64,000 nucleotides of DNA from contig NC_045696.1 of assembly GCF_009834535.1 (NCBI RefSeq), forward strand, positions 25,050,001 through 25,114,000, in the 5' to 3' direction. This document shows, piece after piece, positions 24,701-36,530 of the stretch. Each line of letters begins with the position of its first letter. The first letter of the stretch is position 1. The notes beneath the pieces were generated by a model. The model worked only from the letters and a program-made list of their open reading frames with translations. It had not been told where the DNA came from and ran no database searches. Origin of the DNA: Camelus ferus. Taxonomy: Eukaryota. Position numbers and translations under genes: made by a program.

Positions 24701-27700
24701 AGGGAAGGAAACAACACCGTTTCCTGTTCATGGATTCTGTTTGTCTCAAGGAAGAAAAAGGCAAAGAGTAAAGAGAATTGAGTATGATTCAGAGGATTGT
24801 GTATATTTGGAAAGATTGAAATAGTCATTTTGAAGAATGATGGATTGAGTTGAAAGAGAAATCCAGTCATGCTCCTAGGAATTAGAAATCCAGTTGATGA
24901 GAACAATGAGTATATACTTGTACAAGTTTAGACAATCACTTCAACTTGCTTTCTTGTCATAAATGCTGTGCATTTTGGGTCTCTTGGTAAATGGTGCTTG
25001 TGATGAAAACATCTGTTTATTTTTCCTATTCCCTTAAGAAAAAGCCATTCAAAGAAACTTTCAATTACCTTTCATTAAAAAAGAGCATACTAATAAGCTT
25101 ACATAAACATTTTCCCTGTTGGAGAATACTTCCTAATGAGTCTCATCCTTATGACACCTGTCTATAGGGCAAAATGAAGGAATTCATTTGACTAATAAGG
25201 GAAAAAAGGTTCTTATTGAATTTATAGCAAGCACATTTGCTTGTCAGCCAAAATTTACCCCACTGAACCTCATAGTTTGAATGTGGCTGAAGAAGACAAG
25301 GGATATATGTGTCTAATACAATGAATGGCTTTGAGAAATGTATTTCCATAGAGAATGTGGATGGATAAACAGCTCAGATTAATTTATATCACGGGTAAAG
25401 CTGGTCAAAATCTGCACAGCAAATAAACTGCATATCATCTTGAAGTTCCTTTGAATTCTGTAAATTGCATAGAAGTGATTTATTGGTCCTCTGTTAAATA
25501 ATATCTTATTTTTATTAAAATTAGTGCAACCCTTATAATTTTGTTGTTGTCTTTCTGTAAAGAGAAAAGTTCTGGAGCTTATTTTTAACAGTTGCTATTC
25601 AGTTTACTAAATTTACAGATTTAGAAAACTATCCTTCCTTAGGCTTTTTCATCACTAATTTTATTTATAAATCCACAAATGTTTAACAGTTATTTTAAGG
25701 ATTTTGAATAATACTTAATCTTTTAATAAATGTAAACATCTCCAAATATTTTAAAATTTATTTATAAATTTAAATAACATTTTATTTTTAAGTGCTTCAA
25801 TTTTCTGACAAGTTAATTCTGGGCATCTAGATAGCTTTTATAAATTTAATTAACAAATTTAGTGAATCAAAATTTCTTCTGGTTATTCCAAAACAATATA
25901 TAAACAATAAGATATCAATGTAAAATTCTATGTCTAAATCAAGCAATTAATTGCATATTTTAAATTATGAAGCTATCATTCTAATTCATGAGTGCTTCTA
26001 ATTGTAATATATTGTTTCATTTTTAAGTTCTTCAATTTACTCTATCAACAAACATTTCCCTGATAATTTCATTCCTATAAGAACAATAAATATGGTGAAC
26101 CCAAAAGTTTTGTGAATATTCCAATACTTTCTATGATAAAAGTAAGATATTTAAAATCAAGTATCTATATCAAGTATTTAATTGTACATTTATACATTTG
26201 ATATACTTTTAAACAATTACTCTTATGGTTAGATTCTCTTAAATATTGCAGATACATGCAGTTCCACATATACACTGATTTCTTCCCAATGCAAAACTAC
26301 CTTCCATGATTCAAAATCTTTCAAGTATTTCTATATTTAATGGTAAATACTCTTGAATGGAGAAAATATATATACCCACTAAAAATGTAACTGAAGCTAC
26401 TCAAATTACTCTATGCTTAATTCTAAATCTTTCTACTGAGGAAGATAATGTCATTCTACATGTCTCTGATGCATTATGACTAGTTACTTTGACCACAATA
26501 TTTATTGAATGGGTGTTTTTCTTTTTCTTTTATCTTTTTGTTTTGTGGCGGGGGTGGGGTGGCTACTAATGCAAACCTATTTAGAGTTGGTGTCAGGGAC
26601 TACAAGCCTCCAGGAGGAAGTCCCGTAGCTCATAGCCCTTGGACGCAGTGGGCGAGGACTACCTGACTCTCCTGACTCATCACAGAGCTCTGTTCCCCAC
26701 CCATGCTGTTCCCTTTGTACATTGAATACATTTACTTCAGCTCTTAAGAAATATATATATATATTTTTTTCCAACTAAATTTTAAAACTTTGATGAAATC
26801 TCAAGAAATATCTTTTCCATCTAATTTTAAAGAACTTGTAACTAGATGAAATTTTACATTCTTTCATATTCTTAATATCAAAAAATACCTCTAGGCATTA
26901 ATATCAGATGAATTGAAATTTGTATGTAACGTAAGACTTTTTCTGAGTTGGGCTTAAAATTATAAGGTCATTCTGTTGACATTTATTTAATTATTGCTTC
27001 TGACATTTTCTATGGATTGATTCCTACATTATTGGCATTTGGAAATAGAGAATGCTGTAATTTTGCTTGTAATGACAGAAACACACTGCTTTTCACTGAC
27101 ATGAATGCACTTCAACTTTAAAAGATGTTTAGGTAATGCTTTCATTTTTCTTGATCATCTGAAATCTCAGAGTTGTCAGCACGAAGGGAGGTATATGTGT
27201 GTGTGAAGAGAGACAGAGACAGAGATAGAGACAGAGAGAGAAGAAGAACAAACCTAGATGATTCTGAGATTTTAAAACCCAAGAAAACCAGAAAATCCTT
27301 GACAGGCAACAATTGATGAATGTCTTCCAAAGCTCATTAACCTCTAAGAAATACACATAGATGCACACACAGAAAAAATAAATATATGTGTGTACTAAAC
27401 TGCCAAAAACAAATTAAAGATGACTTAATTTCATCTTAACTTTAAATACAGTCATTTTATATTTTTGAGAAAGTTGGATAAAGCTTTCTAAAAAGACCAG
27501 GTTGTCAAAAAGATAGAATACGTGATTAGTATAGTGACATGATTTTAAAGAAATTAAATGAGCAAAAGACTTGATTTTTAATGTGATGTGCAGGTGTATT
27601 TAAGAACTTCGATAAAAGTTGTTCTTTTCTAAACAGTATCAGATGTTTTCCAGGTGTGCAGATGTGTGTATGAATATCAGAGATTAAAATAGAAACTGAA

Positions 27701-29309
27701 CAGAATAGCAGTGCTACTATGAAAAATTTATTCATTTAATGACTGTGTTCCACTGAGGAAGCATTTTTGTGCTGCATTGTATGTATGCAATTATTCACAT
27801 CTGCCCAAATTTTTTTATTTGACTTTCACAAAATTTAGATTTGTTGCAATCCTATTTTTACCCTTAATATACAGTTCCTGAATCTTGGAGATAAAAAAGG
27901 ATGGAGTATCCAAATATCTAGAATAATGCTTTTGACTTCTAGGAAGTTATTAAAATCTTACATATAAAACTATTTAAAGCACACAGATAATTCTGGTCTG
28001 CTTTTGCCCTACAGATCATTGTCCTGTAGATTTTGTCCATTAATATTCAGCCTTTACATGTAAGGAAATGATGCCTTGTGCTTTTAAGATGCCTTTTTCC
28101 CTATTGGTCCCAGGAATATTCCTTCCCTTTGTACTTAGAAATGTGTCATCTTGAGCCCTGGAATTTTTACTGGTCCTCTTTTCATCACTACTCTTTTTCT
28201 CCAGTGCTGGGCCCATGTGGTGTCTACTATAGGTGAGAAAGAAGAGACAGCACAGCCCTAAAGCCGCTGACATATGGGGGCCAAAAATCATCCTTTAAGT
28301 TCAGAATTGTCCTTAGTCCTTATCAGGTTTGATCCTCTGCTCTCCAAAGACCAGGGCTGGGAAGGAGCTATTATTCTCTGCAGTCTGCCTGGATTGTTCA
28401 GCCTTTGGTAAAGGAAGCCCTGAGATGCAGACCTTCTCCCTAGCCAGCTCTTCAGTGGCGGAAAACACAGCAACACCTATGTCCAGTCAACTCTGGCTTC
28501 TATTCAAGTTTTCAAGAAGCAGTCATTTACTTAATCAACAGCCTGTGCTGTGGGATCCTACTGTGCATGGAGTAAATATCAGTGGGCAGACAGTCTCTCC
28601 TTTGGACTCCACATTATCATGGGACTGTGTGAAGACTGCCTTTGATCACTTGGCCCTACCACGGTTCCCCTCTGCCCCATGTGTTTTGTCTATCTTCTTC
28701 TCTGTTGCTTCATAACATTGCACTATGTTGAGTGTTGGTGTTCTCCAACTTAATCCCCCATAAACAGATATTTTTAATATCCCTCTGTTAGTGATAATTA
28801 TAAGTGACCATTGTGTATGTAGTGGCAAGTGTCTGTAAAGCTGGGAGGAAAAGGAACATTATGTTGTTCTCATCATGGGTGAGAATGGAGAGCATCAGAC
28901 TCCACCATAACCATTTTTCTATATTTCTGCCTTAATAAGGGTACATGCAGAACAAGGCAGCAAGGGTGATATGGGTCTTGGAGTAAGGACTAAAATCCAT
29001 GACAAAAGTATGATGAAATGGACCAGGGTAATAACATTCTTCCTTCGGTTTGTTGCATTCTTCTTAAGTCTGTGCCCCTGCCCTCTCCAAAGAAGGACAG
29101 GTTTCTGAATAGAAGAGAGGTAGTGTTTAACCAAGAGTGTATCAGCACAATCCTTAATTGCTATAACCTCTAGACAAGCTCTCAGGTCTATTGGTAGGAA
29201 AATATCAGGTGATACTTACTATTGTTGTTATTATTACTGTAAAGATTTATGTAGGAGTATGGGGCTCAGTTGAGCTTGTAGGTTGGGGGGAAAATAAGCC
29301 ACAGCCATG

Positions 29310-29770
29310 GAACTCATTCATTCTTTCAACAAATCATTTTTGAAGCTCTTACATTTCCCTGTAATATGTTCTGGGGATTAAAAAAAAATGACCCAGAGAG
29401 ATAGAGTTTTAACCTCATCAGCTCAGAGCACACTGGAGGAAATTGACAAAGTCAAATAGGAAAGTGCACAAGTAAAATACTTGTAAATTTGGATAAATAC
29501 CATGATTGAAATACACGAGGGTGGGGGGAAACTACATAAGTGTTGCATGCTGTGTGAAAGAGACTTGCTTTCGAAAATGTGACTAGGTGAGCCCTCTCTA
29601 AGAAAATTGCATTTAAACTAGGATCTGAAAGACTGGGGCAGAGTCAGGGGAGTGCCCTAGTTAGAGATAAACAGGATGTGCAAGCACCTTTACATTGGAA
29701 AATTCTTGGGTTGTTTGAAAAATTGACAGGGGCTGGGAGGTGGAGTAGATGTGAGAGCAAAAGTCAAATT
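29310..29770 (-). mobile_element. L2 LINE 3' end
   Basis: 'tcattcattctttcaacaaatcatttttga' and 'gcatttaaactaggatctgaaag'. Confidence 0.6.
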
Positions 29771-29923
29771 ATTTAAGTCATATTACGAACTACATATGGG
29801 GTCAGGAAATATTCAAGAAGTAAAATTCTTCATGCTCTTTGAGAGAACATAATTATTGTTTGTATCAAAATCTTGTTTTCATAAACTTTTTCATTTTATT
29901 TTCAAGTAAGAAAGCTGGCCATC

Positions 29924-29957
29924 TATCGCCCTCGTGTGGCAGACTCCTGCATTGCTT
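29924..29957 (-). promoter_or_regulatory. CTCF binding motif with upstream module
   Basis: Minus strand reads AGCAATGC-AGGAGT-CTGCCACACGAGGGCGATA. The core resembles CCASYAGRKGGCR and a TGCAGTGC-like upstream module sits at the usual spacing. Two CpGs are retained in AT-rich unique DNA. Confidence 0.6.
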
Positions 29958-30274
29958 GAGTCATGTTTCTATGGTGTGAACTCTTTGAAACGATTTTAGT
30001 AAAATTCTTGCACACACTTTTCAGTTAATCTGAGTCACTTCTAGCTGCTATTAGACTCTAATATATAAAAATCCTTTAAAAAAATTTCACACTGGTTTTA
30101 TGTTTTACCGCTTTCCCACATTCTACTGTTAAATAAAGATGCACAGGGAGCCCAAACTTTACTATCTTTAGGAGCCAGGCAGATTAAGGAAAAGCAAGTG
30201 AAGCCAGACAAGGTCTCATACACTAGGTAAAAACTATGGAGAATTTGAAGATACAAGTTATAGAGAAAGGCATG

Positions 30275-30280
<6 letters not shown>

Positions 30281-30314
<34 letters not shown>
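30281..30314. repeat. (AC)17 microsatellite
   Basis: Read directly. Confidence 0.98.
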
Positions 30315-30317
<3 letters not shown>

Positions 30318-32469
30318 TATAATATGTGTTTATATATATGTATAGAATAGATAAGGAATGCCAAAATAGATAGGTTTAACGGGCACTTATATTTTGTTAG
30401 TCTCTGTTCTCAATTTCTACTTTTAGCCAGTGTATATGATTAATTTCTCAGTCCTTCACTCGACTAGTTTACAACTGTTTCATACATCAAGTAGTCTAAT
30501 TCTGTCTCCAAGTGGGATATTTTGCCACCAGTTTATTTTGGAAAGTATTTCAGGAATTTTTGTCACTCAAAATTAAGTACTCCGGAGATGATCATTTCTT
30601 CCTTCCTCTTGTCCTCCTTTTCTCTCTTCCTTTTTTTTTTTTTTTTTTTCCCAGGCAGTCATTTTCCCAAATGTTATTCAACAAATGATTGCCTCCACGC
30701 TTGAAGGAGTGCAGCTGTTGGCTTCATGTGCCATTTCTCTCCGCACTGGAGTGGACCCAGGCGTCTTCTGAGGAGGCTCTGAGCTCTGCCTGCCAGGACT
30801 GCCTGTACCCATTTTAAGTCAGAAATTGTGTGGTTTTCTGTTCAGGCTCATCTTTATCTGGTCTCTTCTTCCCACATGAGGAGCTTGTACTCCACACAGT
30901 TTAGTTGAGTTTTAGAGTGTGCAGGTCTGTTTGTAAGTGCAAACATAGAATTAAAATTTCCCTGGTATTTATCAGGGACCATAATCTCAAATTCACTGCA
31001 GCTTGATACCGTTCCGACACTTGGCTAAGAGAAAAAACATTTATGGAAGATGGTCTGGAGAAAAGCAGGCATCCATTTTACCATAGAATCTAAAACCTAT
31101 TTCAGGATGAAGGGAAACCATCAGAGATCTGTCTAACTGGACCCACACAATTGCTTCTTTGTGAGCTGTGCTTTGCTATCATGATTAAATATTCTGTCTG
31201 TGAGGGCCCCATGGAAAATATTTTCTCTTCATATTGGCATTTCTCCCAAGTAACTGGATTTTTTATGTACATTCTTGTTACTGGCTGTATTTCCTGCTTT
31301 CCATGTGTTTATTATAAAGGTCAACATCAAATTTGTGTTCTGCCTTGACCGAGTACATGATTGTCAAGGCAGGCATTGTTACAATAGCCACATTTCTGCC
31401 ACCACAGTTCGCTTTTCAGTTTTCCAAAGGATCTCTTTAAAGAATTTAAATATTTATCTTGCCGTATGGTATACATCTGTAAGCAACTTAAAAGCAAGTG
31501 AGACCAAAGTGATATATGTGACCATAGGGTTTTTATTAATGCTATATTAACTGTAAAAATGATTTCCTCCTGAACAGTCTGTAACTTAAGTAGGAATTAA
31601 AATATACTGTAACTCCACAAGGACTGAAGCCTCCCTCAAAATAATGTGGATTTTAGAAACCATGCTAATCCTATTTCTCAGGGTAGAGTCATTTAACTTG
31701 TGTATTATTGATGCACTGATGTTCCCCATGAAAAGTATCGCTAAACACGGACAGAGGAAATGAAGACTAAATTGAAACAGGCAAAGGTATTATTTTTAGT
31801 GCATTCATTAGTTAAAGCTGATCCCTGTCCCCTCCTCTCTCTCATAATGAAAGGGCCCACACTGCACTCGTATATATTCCTGAAATCAATACGCATTTGT
31901 GACAGAGCTTTCTTTCCATCAGTAAAGACTGGCATGCACTTTACGTGCCAGTGAGAGTGCGTCTTACTTATCAGTTAGGACCTGGATCTGTGGTCTGGTT
32001 CATCATCCAACAAAAGCACTTTGGGACTTTGAATGATGATGAGCTTCAGGCATAATTATATTAAAATGCTTTAACTTCATGTAAGCATAATTTAATAAGA
32101 TGTAGATGTTTCTAGTGGTCCAACAGTCTAGCCTGGAATTTGGTCTTGAGACCAGAGACAATATGCCTGTGTACATGATGTCTGCGAAGTCTGGGCATTC
32201 TTAGACCTTAATTTATACTAAGAGGTGTGTCCTTTCTGTCCGTGACCCAATAATCAAATTTGCAGATTAATACTCTCTTATGACAGCCAGAGAATTCCTG
32301 ACTTTTCAATGCTGTTAGTTTATCTCACATAAAATATTGTGACAAGGAGACAGAACTTAGGTGCTCAGGTTTATGTCCTGGAGTAGGCAACAAACAGTGA
32401 TAGACCAAGAAATTGAGTCTGCACATAAAATGCAAGTTGTTTTCTCTTAGTGTCGTAAACAATAAGGAA

Positions 32470-33150
32470 TTTGGTAAATGTGTTGGACCATGGGAATAAC
32501 CATTTGAGCACGAGAAAACTGTAGCACTTTTACTCTGCTGATGAGATTATCAGTTGTCATACCTGGTTTAGAAAACAGTTTGGAATTTGGAGTTTGAAGA
32601 TGCTGACACCTAGCGACAGCAGGAACTTCGCTCCTAGAGGGCAGTGAGAAGCTCCTGCATATGCGCATCAGGACACACGTACAAGCGTGCTCGTCGCCAC
32701 TCTGCCCACAGTAATGGGACACCCAGCGCTGACAGAATAGGTGGACGGATCAGTGTATTTGCACGATAGAATCCTACTCAGCGGGGTGAATGAGGGTCAG
32801 CAGGACGGATCTCAGGAACGTAATGTCCAGTGAAAGTAGCACATCACAGAAAGACGTATACTTCCTGAGTCTATCTGAATAAAATTCAAAAGCATTTAAC
32901 ACTAAACAACAACATATTAGTTAGGGGTAGGTACTACTAATAAGAAGGGGATGGGAAACGCCAGATGCAGGATAATGGTAACCTTTGTGGGGGAGGGCGA
33001 TGTGAGCATGGGGGCGCCCTCACAGAGCTTCATGGGTTCAAGTTTTTTTCTTTTTTATCTTAAGCTGTATGGTGTTTAAATGGGGACTATTTTTTTTGTT
33101 TGTTTTACTCTTAACGCCTCATGCATTTGTCTTATGTACGCATTCAGTAT
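32470..33150 (+). mobile_element. Old L1 (L1ME-like) ORF2 end/3' UTR, unusually GC/CpG-rich
   Basis: Aligns by eye with the young L1 at 2154: 'gatagaatcctactcagc' vs 'aatggaatactactcagc'. Also 'ggatctcaggaacgtaatgtccagtgaaag' and 'ataaaattcaaaagc'. Confidence 0.7.
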
Positions 33151-33539
33151 TTTAAAAGGAAGAAAATTATTTTGACCTTAACTATCTAAACAGCCACTTC
33201 TGGGTTTTCCTTTCTTCACGTTCTTCGCTGAACTTAATTCATAGAAGTTAAAGTCCCGTTCCCTCGAATCCCTGTCCCCTTTTTATTTAACAAGGAAGAT
33301 GTATGTGTGTCTCTGCCCTTCGGCTGGCACGTGGCAAACATTTCGCTTCTGGCAGCGTGTAGTCCGTCTCAGGAGACCAGGCCAACTGGCAGTGCTCTTT
33401 ACTGTTGCCTCCTGCCTCAGTTTATTAAAAACTGATTTTAAAAAATTGTGCCTCTTTTCCTTGGCTCTGTAGTACGACCCAAGCCTAGCAGATCACTCAT
33501 TAATTGGGCACAGAATAACTTTCCTATAGCAGCCAGTAG

Positions 33540-33725
33540 CTGATGCCCACCATTCCCCAGGTAGGAGGGACAGTCAAGGCTCTAAAATATATAAACGCCC
33601 CCAGATGGGTCCTTGTGGCCACTGCCGTTCTTGCAGGTTTATTCCTCCACCGGGTCCTGCCCGCGCGACGTCCACGCTGTGTTCTCCCTCCTCCGCGGAG
33701 CCCGGCGGCTCCCGACGTTTCCAGA
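33540..33725. promoter_or_regulatory. Small CpG-dense cluster (below CpG-island size) with TATA-like motif
   Basis: 14 CpGs counted in 33596-33718, TATATAAA at 33588-33595, CACGTG upstream at 33328-33333. Confidence 0.45.
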
Positions 33726-34108
33726 TCTTCTTTCTCTTTGTCATTTCTTCCTTCTCTCCCACAGCTGACCTTTCCCAAAGAGTTCAACAGGGAAAAGGAA
33801 TTTACAAAAGCTTCCTTTAATGAGTGTAGCTACAATTATTTTTTTTAATTCTAGCATTCTTATAATTGTCATTAAACAGAGGAGATAGAAGAACAAAGTC
33901 AACAATTTCTACAGATCTCTTCCTACTCAGACTTTAAATGCACAAACTCGGTGATGTATTGATAACCTGTGATTAGATTACCCGCCATCATGAGTTGTTT
34001 CTTTCTTTTTCTTTCTGATTTTATCGTGTATATAACGTTTCTTCTTCCGAGATGAATCTTGTACCCTTTGTGATATTTACTTGTGTTTATAATTTTAAAA
34101 AGTAACTG

Positions 34109-34110
<2 letters not shown>

Positions 34111-34144
<34 letters not shown>
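34111..34144. repeat. (CA)17 microsatellite
   Basis: Read directly. Confidence 0.98.
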
Positions 34145-34145
<1 letters not shown>

Positions 34146-35005
34146 CACTTATTCAGTGCCTAATGTAAAAAATGACCATTTAAGTACTTTGGAACTCTGA
34201 CATATATTTTCCTCATATTTGCTTTCTTCATTTTTGTAATTTAATACTTTGCTATATATATATGTATATATGTGTGTGTATATACATATTTATACAGGGT
34301 ACTGCAGTTATAAGAGGTTCCAATTCACAGTGCATCTAAAGGACCAACTAGCCTCATATATCTCAAGGAATTTAGCTGATGAAATAATTTAAACTAATCA
34401 GAGAACAAACTCCCACTTTCTGAAGACTTTATTTTCACATATTTGTTCAACATTAGACTATATTATAAAAATTTTTCAAGAATTCTTTTAGTGTATAGAT
34501 CAGTGTTTCTTATAGGTAAAATGCCTGTAATAGGTATAGATTGTATTTTTGAGTTTTGTAGAACGTTGCATATTAACAATAAAGAATAAATGTTCAATTT
34601 GCATGACAGCTATGTGCATGCAAACTTCGCAGGGCTATAAAGAGAATAAATATTTCAGAACAGACCTGCTTCATTTACCCTGCGTGTATTATATTATGCT
34701 TTCATATCATTAAGTGCCTTGTACTTTAAATCTGTGACAAACCATGACAAAATTTTAAAGAGGGAATAGTGTTGTAAAATGAATTATGTATTTCCAAAGG
34801 CTATATTGCTGTAAATGTGAGTGATAGAGCTCTGCTTAATTTAAAGTTTTGAAGAACTGTTCTCCAACAAAGGAAATTTCATAGTGGAATGATTCAAATT
34901 GACATGATACAGAGTATTAAAATGTTTATATAAAAAAGCATTTTATAATGAATCTCAAATCCAAAATATGACTTAGTTTTTATATGACATGGGGATGCAA
35001 ATAAT

Positions 35006-35007
<2 letters not shown>

Positions 35008-35050
<43 letters not shown>
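35008..35050. repeat. (CA)21 microsatellite
   Basis: Read directly. Confidence 0.98.
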
Positions 35051-35053
<3 letters not shown>

Positions 35054-35056
35054 TTC

Positions 35057-35423
35057 TGTCTTCATCAATACTAAATACCATAGACTGGATGGCTTAAACA
35101 GCAAATACTGATTTCTCACATCTCTGCAGGTTGAGAAGATCAATATCAAGATGCCAGCATATTTGATGTCTGGTGAGGAGCCATGTTCCGGTTTGCAGAT
35201 GGCCACCATCTTGCTCTATCCTTCTATGGCTGAGAGAGAGAGAGGTTCTGGTCTCTTTCTCTTCTTATAAGGGAAACTAATCCTGTAATGGGGGCCCCAA
35301 CCTAATGACCTCGTCTAAACCTAATTACCTCCCAAAGGTTCCATCTTCAGATACCATCACGTTGGTTATAGGGCTTCAGCATAGGAATCTGGGGCAGAGG
35401 GCACAAACATTCAGTCAATAGCA
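35057..35423 (-). mobile_element. MaLR LTR (MLT1A-like)
   Basis: 'aaataccatagactggatggcttaaaca', 'tgtctggtgaggagcc', 'cctaattacctcccaaagg', end 'acaaacattcagtcaatagca'. Confidence 0.9.
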
Positions 35424-36321
35424 TTTCCTAAACTTAAGTTCTTAATCTGTGTATAAACAACTATCTCATCTGTGGTGAGTGCTATAACAATAGGAAGAAA
35501 TTGACTTGATCCTTGAAATGGGGTGGACAAGAAAAGAACATCTTGCAGAAAGTTTTGACAATTATGTTTAAATTAAGAAAGAGGTAGTGGTGTAGTTTAA
35601 ATCCTAACTTCATCCTTGAGATAGCAACAATTATCTAGTCACTCCCAAATGTATGTGCTGGGACTGACCCATGAAAATAATTTTTGTTCCATAATAGATG
35701 AAGTAAAATAATGGTAGATCCAGAGTTTACTCTCTAATGAAGAAGTGCTAAATTAATCTAGATTTGTAATGTTTGATTATGCCAGATCATACCCCAGTTA
35801 TTTCATGTTGCTGTCCTGGAGGTTTTTTAGTTAGACTATCAGTTAGACTATCATACACATTTTGCATTCAATATTTTCAAAATTTAGGTTATCACCTCAT
35901 TTTCTGATTAATCTTCTTGGTGATACTGTAATGATGGACAAGTATTCTTGCTGTATTATAAAACAAAGTATGGAAACCAGAATCCTGTTAATCTTTCACA
36001 ATCTTGACTTCTTTTCATGGACAATAACTTACTTCAATTTATTGTTACTATTTGCGGTTTTCAAACTGGAATTTTCCCTTGCCAAATCTGGCATTCACAT
36101 CTTCAAATCTGATATGATACACTGAGCTGCCTCTTTGCAAGTGATATTTTATAAAGCTCATTCTATATTTGGAAGCAAGTGGACAAAAAGTCGTCACCTT
36201 CAAAGCAGTTAATGGTCATATTTCATATTAGACTGTGGATAATTTAAATGTTTAAGGTGTTAAAGTCTTGATTATGCTTCAAAAATAGAGTATTTTGTTT
36301 TCTATCTTGGAAAGAAACTAC

Positions 36322-36530
36322 TTTTTTAAAATTAAACTTTAATTTTTTAAGTAATTATAGATTTATTTGCCATTATGAAAAACAGTACAGAGAACTCTCA
36401 TATATCCTTAACCAGTTTCCCCAAATGGTAATGTTTTGCAAAATTATAGTCTAGTATATAGATATTTACACAATATCACAACCAGAATATTGACAATTGT
36501 ACAACTCACCCAACTTACTCAGTTTTTGCA
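36322..36530 (-). mobile_element. L1MB-like 3' end
   Basis: 'tacagagaactctcatatatccttaaccagtttccccaaatggtaatgttttgcaaaattatagt...aatatcacaaccagaatattgaca'. Confidence 0.7.

Noticed and set aside
28329..28715. 128-aa ORF, the longest in the track
   Set aside because: Non-ATG start, no recognisable domain, no convincing splice boundaries; this length can arise by chance in 64 kb
33524..33848. Four overlapping ORFs on both strands
   Set aside because: Explained by local GC richness depleting stop codons; no homology recognised
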